Positions 14,328 to 26,405 of a DNA stretch of 64,000 bases are shown here, in pieces (position 1 is the stretch's first letter; each line of letters starts with the position of its first letter). This DNA comes from Narcine bancroftii (Eukaryota), in contig NC_091478.1 of the NCBI RefSeq assembly GCF_036971445.1, positions 63,054,001-63,118,000 of the forward strand, in the 5' to 3' direction. A model generated the notes under the pieces. The model made no database searches. It was not told the origin of the DNA and worked only from the letters and a program-made list of their open reading frames with translations. The translations under genes and the position numbers were made by a program.

Positions 14328-14451
14328 CTTTGGCTTGGCTTCGCGGACGAAGATTTATGGAGGGGGTAAAAAGTCCACGTCAGCTGCAGGCTCGTTTGTG
14401 GCTGACAAGTCCGATGCGGGACAGGCAGACACGATTGCAGCGGTTAATGGT
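14328..14451 (-). mobile_element. Short RTE 3'-end insertion with 11-bp TSD
   Basis: TSD TACTTCCATTT at 14317-14327 and 14452-14462. Matches the 3' ~120 nt of the RTE at 41070-41190, plus 6 extra nt at the 5' junction. Confidence 0.92.
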
Positions 14452-15319
14452 TACTTCCATTTACCCGTAATTGAAACCACACATTTGAAGAGCAAAAATA
14501 AATGAGTTTGGGCTGTCTTTGGTAACTTTAATAATTATGCAGCCCAGATCATAAAATCTATTGATATTCAATTACTGGTGCACCTACCCTGCCATTGAGC
14601 TAATTAAATGAAAGATGTTCCTGGGTATCAACCTTCATAATTGCACATCTACAACATTCAATCTACTTTGAGGCTGCCTCTGTAGTGGCCCTGAAAATTG
14701 GTAGACTGCCAGAATGATCATGTCCATTCACAAGTTGTGGGATCTGTTTGCATGCAAGTGTTTTGCTGACGAAACAGAATCACTCATCACCATCCACACC
14801 ATCAGACTAATGAGCTCCTTTACCGATATCCTGGTCCCAGTTCATGGTTTTCCAGCTGCTGTGATCACGCTTTTCAATTCTGTTAACCAAGTCATTAGCC
14901 TGCTGCCTTCCTCATTTAGATTGAAATAAAATTCCCACATCTCATTCATTCCACACCATTCAAATGCAGATTTGATGTTATTCGGTACCTGACGATTAGC
15001 CCAAAACAAATGCGACTCTGTACAGATAATTCTTCATAAAGTTATGTGAGCAGAGTTGGTCACGGCACTCTCACACCATTGATATGGAACATTGTATATC
15101 CCCTTGTGGGACTATTCAGGTAATTAACCAGATTCATTTTAGTTCTGAGGTCTTTGTTGGCTACATGGAGCAATTCACGCCAACGGAGGCAAGGCTTTCC
15201 AATTCTTCCTCTGCTAAAGCAATGACTATTTTGCTACTGCCTCAGGTATCCACGATGAGCTCGAAGACTTTATCCACTTTGCTGCCAACTTCCACTCCAA
15301 CCTTAAATTTACTTGGTCC

Positions 15320-17294
15320 GGGCACCAGGCAAGGGTGCCCCCTTAGCCCTTTATTATTTAACTTAGCTTTAGAACCTTTGGCAATTGCTATCAGAGAAGC
15401 ACCCAATATTACTGGTATTATTCGTTGCAGGGATATTCATAAAGTATCACTATATGCAGATGATTTATTGTTATATATTTCCAATCCTGAAAATTCTATT
15501 CCTGCAGTTTTATCTTTATTAGCCCAATTTAGTAATTTTTCGGGATATAAACTGAACTTAAATAAAAGTGAATTATTCCCTTTTAATGGATGGGTTCCTA
15601 TTTATGATAGTTTACCTTTTAAAATAGCTGGAGACCATTTTATATATTTAGGGATTAAGATTACTAAAAAACATAAAGATTTGTTTAGGACTAATTTTTT
15701 CCCTCTATTGGACCTGATCGGCAGTTTACTTACCAATTGGTCACCATTATCCCTATCCATGATAGGCCGAATTAATGCTATTAAGATGATGATCTTACCT
15801 AAATTTTTATATATATTTCAAGCTATACCTATTTTTGTTCCTAAATCTTTTTTTGATAAGGTCGATTCTAAATTGTCCTCGTATATCTGGCAAAACAAGA
15901 ATCCCAGATTTGGGAAAAAATATTTACAGAAATCTAAACTAGAGGGAGGGTTGGCATTACCCAACTTAAGAATTTATTACTGGGCAATTAATATTAGTTA
16001 CTTAAGATATTGGTTGAATTATTCAGAATTATCTCTAAATCCCCATTGGGTAAATTTAGAAATTAAACCGATACAAAATTTTTCAATTAGCTCTATTTTG
16101 GGAGCGGCTCTCCCTTTTACTCTTACTAAATTATATAAACAAATTGATAATCCAATGGCTAAACATACACTACATATATGGTTTCAATTCCGGAGATTTT
16201 TTTGGCCTAAGTCATTTTATCTTGGAAACTCCTATTGTACTAAATTTCCTTTTTCATCCCTCTCTAATTGATCAAGCTTATTTACTCTGGAAAGTTAAAG
16301 GTATAACATGCTTTTCGGATTTATTCTTGGATAACTTTTTCATGTCATTTGAACAATTATCCATGAAATATGATTTACCTCGATCTCATTTCTTTCGATA
16401 TTTGCAGATTAGGAGTTTCTTAGTTTCGACTTTACCCTCTTTTCCCAATCGGGAGACTCCGACTGTTTTAGAGGATATACTATATTCAAAATTCCCTCCA
16501 AAAGGTGTGATATCTAAATTATATAATATAATTACAAAAATAAATTCTGGGACTTTTGAAAAGTTTAAAAATGATTGGGAAAGAGAACTCAACCTTCATA
16601 TTTCTAATGAAAATTGGAATAAAATTCTGCGACTAGTAAACTCTTCTTCTCTATGTGCAAAACATTCACTAATACAGTTTAAAGTTGTTCATAGAGCTCA
16701 TATGTCTAAAGATAAACTCCACCGCTTTTATTCTCATATCGATCCTATATGTGATAAATGTCAATTGGAAATAGCTTCCCTTACACATATGTTTTGGTCC
16801 TGTCCCTCTTTACAGAATTATTGGAAGGAATTTTTTTCCATTATGTCTACTGTTTTGAATATTGATTTACAACCACATCCCATTACTGCAATTTTTGGAT
16901 TACCTATGATAGATTTGACTTATTTATCTCTTCCTGCGGATCGTATGATTGCTTTTCTTACACTAATGGCTAGAAGATCTATACTATTGAATTGGAAAGA
17001 GGTTAATCCTCCCACTGTTTTCCAATGTTTTTGTTAATTCAGATTTGTTTTTTCTTCTTTTTTGGTTTTTTTTTTCTCTTTTTTCATATATTGTTATTAA
17101 TTATATCTTTTTTTTTAGAGATAGTTCACACCCTAAACTGGTCTAAATTTTTTTTTTATGATATATTTTTATTCTGTAATATTATTGTTTAATATCTCTG
17201 TATTAATTCATTACTTACTATGTATTTTTTATATCTCTTTGAACTGTATGTGTTTATAAATTATAATAATAATAAAAAGATTGAAAAAGAAAAG
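15320..17294 (+). mobile_element. L1-clade LINE, 5'-truncated, with 16-bp TSD
   Basis: GTRQGCPLSPLLF, SLYADDLLLY and C-terminal CDKC...HMFWSC zinc knuckle. AATAAA and A-rich tail. TSD TAAATTTACTTGGTCC at 15304-15319 and 17295-17310. Confidence 0.95.
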
Positions 17295-17328
17295 TAAATT
17301 TACTTGGTCCTACTCTCGCAACATACTC

Positions 17329-17545
17329 CAGGTTCATTAAATATATTTAAGAGGGAATCAGGTTCATTAAATATATTTAAGAGGGAATTAGATATATTTC
17401 TTCAGTATAAGGGTATTAAAGGTTACGGAGAGAAGGCGGGGACGGGGTACTGAACTTTAAGATCAGCCATGATCTCGTTGAATGGCGGAGCAGGCTCGAA
17501 GGGACGAATGACCTACTCCTGCTCCTATCTTCTATGTTTCTATGT
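17329..17545 (+). mobile_element. CR1 LINE 3' end (young)
   Basis: Nearly identical to 48838-49021. Its first ~30 nt are tandemly duplicated at the 5' junction. Confidence 0.9.
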
Positions 17546-18579
17546 TTTTATTTTTCTCAATTTTTATCTCCTTCTAGAGAGTCTAACTCTCAGTAGACAT
17601 CGTCAACAAACCCATTAACTCAGATACCTAATTTGACTGCTCCTCTTCACACCCTGTTCCCTTTAAGGGGTCTATTAATTTATCTTAATTTTTCAGTCTC
17701 CCTCACATCTGCTGCCAGGACAAAGTCTTCCATGCCAGATCATCAGAGAAGTCTTCCTTCTTCAAACAACATGGCTTTCCCCCTACCACTATCAAATTGG
17801 CCCTCACCCGCATATCCTCCATTAACTGCACATCTGCCCCAGACCTTCCTCTACAAGTGCAAAAAGGATCTCACCTACCACCCCACCAAACTCCATAATC
17901 TCTGCCACTAATCATATTATCCCACTAGCAGACACATCTTCCCTTTGTGTCCCTTTCCATTTTCCATAGGACCTCCTCATTTTGTGACTCCTTCATCACA
18001 ATTCCCCATGGAACCATTGTCTCTGACTTGCACCCCAACCTTCACCCACACCTATTCCAGGCTCTAAGTAGTCCTTCCAAATGAAGCAACACTTCACTTG
18101 AAAATCTTCGTTGGTTAACAACTGTACTTGGTGCTCCTGTGGTGCTCTGCTGTACATCATAGAGTCTGGTCACAGACTTGAATAACGCTCTGTTGAGCAC
18201 CTTGACTCTATACACTAAAATAACTGGATTTCCCATTGGCCACGCATTTCAATTCTCCATTCAATTCCCTTGCCAATACATGTTCCCACGATCTCATTCA
18301 TTGCCAGGCTGAGATCACCTGCAAATTTGAGGAAAAACAACCCAAATTCCGTCTGGGCAAATTCCAACAGGATGGCGTTAACATCGACATTTCCAGTTTC
18401 AGTTAGCACTACCCCCATCGTTCTGTTTGTCTCTATTCCTTGAGCTGCGTGTCTTTCTCTTCTACTTTCACTCTTTCTCCTTTCAAAATTTAAAAACAAC
18501 CCCCTTCCCCAATCAATACTCCCCATGGCCAATACCAGCAGGCAGACTGATAGCACCATGTTGGCTCTGAGCTTCAAAA

Positions 18580-20085
18580 GGGGAACAAATACGACATTCT
18601 ATTGCCACAATAGAGACTCCAAGTAGTTTCATTCCAGGTGCTTGGGTCCAGAATGTCTCTGAGCGGGTGCAGAACATTCTTAAGTGGGAGAGTGATCAGC
18701 CAGAGTCCGTGGTACATATTGATACAGTACAAACATCATAGGCATGAGTTGGCTAGAGGTCATGGAAAGCAGGGAAGAGGCTGAAGAGCAGTATCTCCAA
18801 GGTGGTAATCTTTGGATTATTCCCGGCGCCATAAGGTAGGGAAGGTCACAACTGGAAGATAGTGCAAAGAAACTGAAGAGGGGCAGAGTTTTAATTTCTG
18901 GGATAATTGTAAGCTTTTCTGCGGAAGTGGTGACCTTTATAAATGGGAAGGGGTTCGTCTGAAATTGAAGGGAACCAATGTCATGGCACGGGGATTTTCT
19001 AATGCTGATTGGTGGGGAGGGATGTTGGTTAAAACAGATTCACAGGGGGTTGGAACCAAACTGAAGAAATAGAGGAAAAGGTGGTCAGCACACAAGTAGC
19101 TGATAGGGGGTTTGTGTGGAAAGAAAGGCAGATAGGGAAAAATCGGAGGCATGGGGAATGTGTTACAATGCACAGTGACACAGTGTTAAGTGAAGCAAAT
19201 AAAGAACAAAAGGCTTGTATTTAAATGCATACAACATAAGAAATAAAGTGGACAACCTTGTCGTAAAGTAACAGATTGGCAGGTATGATGTAGTGGCAAC
19301 CACAGAGTCATGGCTAAAGGATGGATGTCCTTGAGAACTGAATGTCTGAGGATGAGCAGGTAATCCGGGGTGCTGTCGCTGTGCTGGCAAGGAACAACAC
19401 TGAATCCTTAAAAGAGCTGACAGGGCTCAGAAGATATAGAATCAATGTGGGTTCAGTTAAGAAATGGCAAGGGTGAAGACACTGTAAACAGTTATATACA
19501 CACTTCCAAACGTCAGCCGCGATATGGAAAAAGCAGATGGAAAAGACGTGTCAGAAAGACCATGTTATGGTAGTCATAGGGGATTAAATATGCAAGTAGA
19601 TTGAGAAAACCAGGTTGGCACTGGATCTCAAGAGAGAGATTTCGTAGAAAGCCGATGAGATTACTTTTTCGAGCAGCTTGTTGATGAGACCACGAGGGGA
19701 TTGGCTGTATTGTAGTGGGTCTGGAGCATGAACCCGAGGTGATTCGATTGCTTTGAGTGAAGGAATCAATAAGGGCAGTTATCATAATATATACGATTGA
19801 GTTCAATTTGAGATTTACAAGGAGAAAACAAAGGCAGATGTGCAGTAAAGGGAATTACACTGACATGAAAGAGGAACTGGCCAAAGTAGATTGGAAGGGG
19901 GCACTAGTAGAGAAGACAGCAGAGCAGAAATGGATGGAGTTTCTGCAAGAAATGGGGAAGTATAAATACAAACCCCCAAAAAAGGGGAATATTCGAAAAG
20001 AAAAATGTCACAATTATGGCTGACTCGGAAAGTCAAAGCCAACGTGAAAGCAAAAAAGAGCAACAGAAAATAGTGGGAAGACTAT
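18580..20085 (+). mobile_element. Old CR1 LINE fragment (ORF1 esterase to endonuclease)
   Basis: Degenerate but colinear with 45500-47100 (YLNAYNIRNKVD, YDVVATTESWL, GNYTDMKEELAKVDW). Confidence 0.75.
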
Positions 20086-20385
20086 CTCCGGCTCCCAAGC
20101 AAAGACCGGTACACACAGCAAACCACGCCAAGGCGGTCCAAAGAAGAAAGAAGACCATCTGAACGCTTAAAGCACTATGTGCTCCGATTATTGTTAAATA
20201 CTTTCCCTTTTATAGTTATAATTACTCATGGGGTGTATTCTAATTCTCACTTGTAGTCCTGGGCCTATGAAATTTTTATAGTTGGAAGGGACCCAGTCAG
20301 CATTTATCGTTGGGTGGAAACCGCCCTCTGCTGGACATTATGACACCCATTGCCCTTCCACGTGTATAAACATCCATATATATAT

Positions 20386-21652
20386 CTTTGGCTTGGCTTC
20401 GCGGACGAAGATTTATGGAGGGGGTAAAAAGTCCACGTCAGCTGCAGGCTCGTTTGTGGCTGACCAGTCCGATGCGGGACAGGCAGACACGATTGCAGCG
20501 GTTGCAAGGGAAAATTGGTTGGTTGGGGTTGGGTGTTGGGTTTTTCCTCCTTTGCCTTTTGTCAGTGAGGTGGGCTCTGCGGTCTTCTTCAAAGGAGGCT
20601 GTTGCCCGCCAAACTGTGAGGCGCCAAGATGCACGGTTTGAGGCGTTATCAGCCCACTGGCGGTGGTCAATGTGGCAGGCACCAAGAGATTTCTTTAGGC
20701 AGTCCTTGTACCTTTTCTTTGGTGCACCTCTGTCACGGTGGCCAGTGGAGAGCTCGCCATATAATACGATCTTGGGAAGGCGATGGTCCTCCATTCTGGA
20801 GACGTGACCCATCCAGCGCAGCTGGATCTTCAGCAGCGTGGACTCGATGCTGTCGACCTCTGCCATCTCGAGTACCTCGACGTTAGGGGTGTGAGCGCTC
20901 CAATGGATGTTGAGGATGGAGCGGAGACAACGCTGGTGGAAGCGTTCTAGGAGCCGTAGGTGGTGCCGGTAGAGGACCCATGATTCGGAGCCGAACAGGA
21001 GTGTGGGTATGACAACGGCTCTGTATACGCTTATCTTTGTGAGGTTTTTCAGTTGGTTGTTTTTCCAGACTCTTTTGTGTAGTCTTCCAAAGGCGCTATT
21101 TGCCTTGGCGAGTCTGTTGTCTATCTCATTGTCGATCCTTGCATCTGATGAAATGGTGCAGCCGAGATAGGTAAACTGGTTGACCGTTTTGAGTTTTGTG
21201 TGCCCGATGGAGATGTGGGGGGGCTGGTAGTCATGGTGGGGAGCTGGCTGATGGAGGACCTCAGTTTTCTTCAGGCTGACTTCCAGGCCAAACATTTTGG
21301 CAGTTTCCGCAAAGCAGGACGTCAAGCGCTGAAGAGCTGGCTCTGAATGGGCAACTAAAGCGGCATCATCTGCAAAGAGTAGTTCACGGACAAGTTTCTC
21401 TTGTGTCTTGGTGTGAGCTTGCAGGCGCCTCAGATTGAAGAGACTGCCATCCGTGCGGTACCGGATGTAAACAGCGTCTTCATTGTTGGGGACTTTCATG
21501 GCTTGGTTCAGCATAATGCTGAAGAAGATTGAAAAGAGGGTTGGTGCGAGAACACAGCCTTGCTTCACGCCATTGTTAATGGAGAAGGGTTCAGAGATTA
21601 TGATTATCCAACTGCACGAAAACCAACAAGGTCGGGTCAGATACAGCAATGA
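20386..21652 (-). mobile_element. RTE-clade LINE, 5'-truncated with terminal 5' inversion
   Basis: Open RT C-terminal frame (ORF 20438-21712). Segment 21600-21652 is in the opposite orientation. Flanked by TA repeats. Confidence 0.95.
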
Positions 21653-21653
21653 A

Positions 21654-21654
<1 letters not shown>

Positions 21655-21692
<38 letters not shown>
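21655..21692. repeat. (TA)n microsatellite
   Basis: Read directly from sequence. Confidence 0.95.
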
Positions 21693-21693
<1 letters not shown>

Positions 21694-22429
21694 CCCTTGT
21701 GTCAGTAGCCATGTTAGTCTGATGAAAATAAAGGATGAGAAAGCATCAGGTCTCCTTTCATACAGACGTCTGTCTCGTTTTAAATCATACATTTAAGAAG
21801 GGCCCAGACCCGAAACTTCGTCATATATAGTTACCCCCTGTTGGACGCGGCAGGTCGTGTTAAGCTACAGCATTTCTCCATCTCATAGTATCCAGCTTAA
21901 TCTCAACCTTCAAACAATGTGCTGGACGGGAGTTCAGAGACAGTGATGGACCCGGCGATGTGTGCTACCTTCTGTTTTCCGGGCTTCTCAAATTATCATT
22001 CCAGGGCGATACGCAACCAGTCGATATTATTTGAGCAGAACATGTTCGACAAAAGATTCCGAACCTCCTCGCACTGCTTAGAAAGTAGGCACCTTGGAAA
22101 GCAACGCAGGTGGGTGGAGTCGGTATGGGTGGACGCGTACGAGTTGGGTGAAGGGCAGGCACTCAATTTGGGGCTGAAAGGCAGCGGTGAGGATGGCTCG
22201 CGCGCGGACATCGAAACCCGCGAAAGGGAAGCAGGGAGAAGTCGATCCCATCACGGCCACCAACCCCTCCCCCCCCCCCCCCTCACCCTGGGAGGAAGGA
22301 TGCTGGACAAGTGACGTTGAAAGGAGGGCGCAGAGAGCGCTGTAGTCGGTCTGTGAACCCTGGACCCACCTCCCTCGCATTCCCTGCGCGCAGGCCAATG
22401 AATTTTTATCATTGCTTTGTTCGGTAACT

Positions 22430-22760
22430 CGAGTGTCCGGGCACCCAGGAGGTGGGAAACGTCCCCTCCACCTTCATCACCATCGGGGTTTCAAACAGGT
22501 GAGGCAGACGTTCGGCTGCTCCTCCTCCAACCTCGTCCACTGCAATCGCTGCTTCCGATGTGGTTTCCTTCACGTCGGTGAGACGAAACGCAAACCTGGA
22601 GACCTTTTCGTATAGAGTCGACGATCTGGGTGCGATGGCGATGCCGCGCATTTGATATCCCTGCCATTTCAACGCCTCTTCCCATACTCACACCAACCTG
22701 GCCTCTCCACTGCCGGAGTGAGACCTGTTGCAAGTGGAGCAACAACCTCATGTCATCTTG
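22430..22760 (+). mobile_element. Penelope GIY-YIG endonuclease remnant
   Basis: FKQVRQTFGCSSSNLVHCNRCFRCGFLHVGETKRKPGDLF. Confidence 0.75.
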
Positions 22761-23214
22761 AACGCGGTGACCGGATCCGATTCATCATCTCCTCGGGCAG
22801 TGAGTTCTACATATTAATGAATCTCCGTGTAAAAAAAAGGATCTTTCAGATCCCCTTGAAACCTTCCTCGCATCTTGAACCGATGCCCTCCCGTTCTTGA
22901 TGATCCAACCGACGGAGTAAACCCAATCTGATTATCTACCCTCTCTGTTCTTCTCATCTCGGCCATATTTCTAACGATAAATATATATACATTTTAAATT
23001 TAGCACGGTAACAAGCCCTTTCTGCCCACCAGCGCGCGCCGCCCAATTTATTCACAATGAACCTATAAAACCCGGTACTTTTCGAACAGTGGGAGGAAGG
23101 AAACCATAGACCCGGGGAAAACCCACTCATTCAATGGACGGAAATTCTTTCTTGTTGCAGCCGAGTTGGTCCTCCGTAAAAAAAGTCACCCGTCCACATT
23201 CAATTAAAAAAGAG

Positions 23215-23510
23215 ATAATAATTTCAAGCTGTAGTATGGGATTCGAGGACAAGAGGGCACAACTTCAGGATAAAAGGGCGTCAATTTAAGAGAAGCGGAA
23301 TAGTTTCCTTTGCCAGAGGATGGTGAGTCTGTGGAATCCAGATCGTTGGGTATATTTAAGGAAGACATTGGCAGGTATTTGATTAGTCAGGGCATCAAGG
23401 GTTACGGGGAGAAGACCTGAGAGTGGGGCTGAGTAGGTGGATGGATCAACTCATGATAGAATAACGGAGAAGCCTCGATGGGCCTAATTCTGCTCCAAAA
23501 TCTTGTTATC
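23215..23510 (+). mobile_element. Old CR1 3' fragment
   Basis: Degenerate match to the CR1 3' end (...AGAGGATGGTGAGTCTGTGGAAT...GGCATCAAGGGTTACGGGGAGAAG). Confidence 0.7.
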
Positions 23511-23744
23511 AATGTAAGAAGCATGATGTTTGAGCATTGCAGGATTAGTGGGAGAAGGGGGCGTTGTTTCGAGGGGAAATTCATCACAAATCATACTTTC
23601 TATATATTAAGTCGTCAAGGTGATTTCAGGAGGGCAAGAAATTAATGCATTTCAAACTCCTACTTTTCCCCTTCCTCAATTATCGATAGCAAACCCTGAA
23701 ACGATGTCAACTATTTATTTTGAACATATAAATTCAACATTCCA

Positions 23745-23862
23745 ACGTTCACTTCCAGGATGTGATAAGCCCCGGCAACTCGTCATACAACCCAAACGTC
23801 AGACGTCGCTTCACATTTAACAGCGTTCCTGACTGCAAGGTCATTTGAATCCCTTGTGCAGA
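23745..23862 (+). promoter_or_regulatory. Candidate proximal promoter of the IgSF gene (ETS and GATA motifs)
   Basis: CACTTCC (ETS core, reverse GGAAGTG) at 23750-23756 next to TGATAA at 23763-23768, about 100 nt before the ATG. Short motifs, so weak evidence. Confidence 0.3.
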
Positions 23863-23902
23863 ATGTCAGGGACTGCGATTGTTCTCCTTCTGCTTCTCCG
23901 AG
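23863..23902 (+). CDS. Exon 1, signal peptide (MSGTAIVLLLLLR)
   Basis: ATG, hydrophobic run, phase-1 donor G|GTAATA, then a 116-nt intron. Typical Ig leader exon. Confidence 0.8.
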
Positions 23903-26366
23903 GTAATATTTAACCAGTACCATTTTGTTCCTTGTTCTACTTATTTAGTTCTCTCTCTTTATCTCCCATCTCGATGCCGGCCTCACCGATTTAATTGCGC
24001 CATGTTACATTTTCTCAGCAGTTGCAGATCAGCGAGGTTTTCATGTAAATCAATTACCCAAAGAAACCAGTATACCAGTCGGGGGAAATGTTACCTTTTA
24101 TTGTGTGTTCCCCATCATCCGCGACAAGTCCAGTGTGAAGGTCTACTGGTGGAAGGAGGGTGAGAATGCATACCAACACAGCGATGTCGCCAATGGAAAA
24201 CGATATGGTCTCCGAGGTAGAGCAAGTTGGTACTTTGAGTTGTGCAAAGCAACTGTCCAAGATTCTGGAGTATATCGCTGTTCCGTCATCGGTCCGGAAA
24301 TGGTTGCAATCAATGGAAGTGGATCACGTCTAATTATTCACGGTAAATCATATTAACGGGAAAGGCAAACAGCGAATAACTGTCTGAACAATAAGAAACG
24401 GAAAGGCTGGTAGATAGACCATGATTTGTCGATACCCCTCTACCCACTCAATGAGGATGAGGAAGGCAGAGGTTCTGTCGCCCGTCACCCAACCCGTACA
24501 GTTCGCGGTTATGTTCATGCCCGCCCGAAGAGGCTCGCTGCAACGTGACACAAAGCTTTATGGATTCTCATTTCTATTGTCTAGTATATTCACCATCCTC
24601 ACCCAGGCCCCCATCCTATAACTATTTTGTCTGATGTGGATCAAACAACCTGCAAATAAAAGCATTCCTCAGCCATTCTATATTCAGAAGATCATCGCTC
24701 CACCATTGCCTGAGTACCTTGCGGGAACAATATCACGTTATAAGTAGCAAAAGGGAACCATTGAAAATTGTGGAAGTAGAAGATAACCACCCATTCACTC
24801 CCCCCGCCCCATACACTCAATCATTATCTCTCTGTNNNNNNNNNNNNNNNNNNNNNNNNNNNNNNNNNNNNNNNNNNNNNNNNNNNNNNNNNNNNNNNNN
24901 NNNNNNNNNNNNNNNNNNNNNNNNNNNNNNNNNNNNNNNNNNNNNNNNNNNNNNNNNNNNNNNNNNNNNNNNNNNNNNNNNNNTGTAGTATCCAGCGATT
25001 TAACCTACAGCAACGGCGAGGATCAATATGCCTGCAAGGTATATCACCTCTCTCTCCAGACTCCAGCCGTTGCCAGGTATTCTGTTGCGAAACAAGGTAT
25101 GTCGTTTAACAGTCCAGTGAGTCGTGATTTGTTGTAAATGCCTTGATGCATTGTATAAATTCTTGCAGTTAATAATTCCGAAATTAAATCATTCAAATTC
25201 CATGGGGAAATATAGGATGGAGCATTGATTTAATTTCCAATTTGTATCAAAACCCCGTGCGTCTGAGGCATGGCCACTCAAATGCCGTTGGCAATCATTT
25301 TTTCAAAAAATTGCTGCGCTACAAAAGCATAGAGATATTAATCGTTCATGTTTCATACCCACCTCATTTTCATTAGGTTTCTTTTGTTTTCAATTTTAAG
25401 TGTGTCAGAGTTTTGCTCTACCACCATCTCTAAACTTCTTGTCCTTCTTGGAACTCTTAAATCTGCAGTTTGCTTTGCAAATTAATTTGGACTACATTCA
25501 ATCAATGTAGAAACTTCGAGTATTAATTATGTGCACATCATTTGTTCTGTATTTATTGCTATTTTCATGTTCACTCGTGTACAGCGTAATTCCACCCAGT
25601 TGTGTTTCAGCCCTATTCTGACCGCTCCACTCACAAATGGACAAAGAATGTGTTTAACATGAAAACCTAATGTTACTGAGTCCAGAGGACCCCAAAAACT
25701 AGCAGCAATAAATATGCACCACAACACAGTGTTACTTCAACAAAAGTAGTTTTTACTTGTATTTGAACAATAAAACAGAATTGAACTTTAACTTATTACT
25801 TAAATTACCTAATAATTAATACCCCCCCTCCCCACCCCAATCCCTCTAATACTAAGCGCAGGTGTGTGTAATGTATATTTTAGATTAGAAAGGTTCTTTG
25901 GATCACAGTCCAATCTCACTGGTTGCAGGCAATTCTTGTACTGTGCACAGATGTTTGCATTAGCAAAGTTCACCAGTCTTTGGTGCTTAGCAGGCAAATG
26001 GTTACCACTCAAGAGGGTTCTTGCTGGTTTTCAGTGATAGATTCCTTTTCTAGACATCCACAACTGATTCCTACTCAATCAGTCTTGCTGACGAACCTTG
26101 CCCCCTTTTGGGTTCTCCAGGTGATCCTCTTTCTTTCAGACCGCCAATCTCCGCCTCTGACCAGACAGCCTTCCAAAGTTTGCCAGCTGCTGCCCCTGGA
26201 ACGGATTACTGTCTCCTCTCTCTCTGTTTCACATCATCGCTCTCTGAGAGCAACACTCTTCTCTGCCTGCAAAGATATCATAGTCTCCCAGGCAAGCTGC
26301 TAACGATACTTTATTGCCTCCTGCAAAGAGCATTCTGAAATAGTCCTGCAAATAATCTATGTTTTA

Positions 26367-26405
<39 letters not shown>

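Larger units (their letters stand above)
15140..18540 (+). mobile_element. Penelope-like element remnant split by L1 and CR1 insertions
   Basis: FVGYMEQ and ELEDFIHFAANF RT-like segments before 15319. Resumes after 17310, with a GIY-YIG-region remnant at about 18060-18400. Confidence 0.65.

Noticed and set aside
15084-16271. 395-aa ORF as a novel fusion gene
   Set aside because: Chance in-frame run from Penelope-derived sequence into a 5'-truncated L1 RT that frameshifts downstream.
20282-20886. Overlapping antisense ORFs repeated at about 4.7, 14.2, 20.3 and 40.7 kb
   Set aside because: Shadow frames of the RTE 3' end.
24019-25100. Rearranging Ig or TCR V segment
   Set aside because: V and J-like sequence are in one exon ending at a splice donor. 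I saw no CACAGTG-spacer-ACAAAAACC signal, and the tail is ITIM-type.
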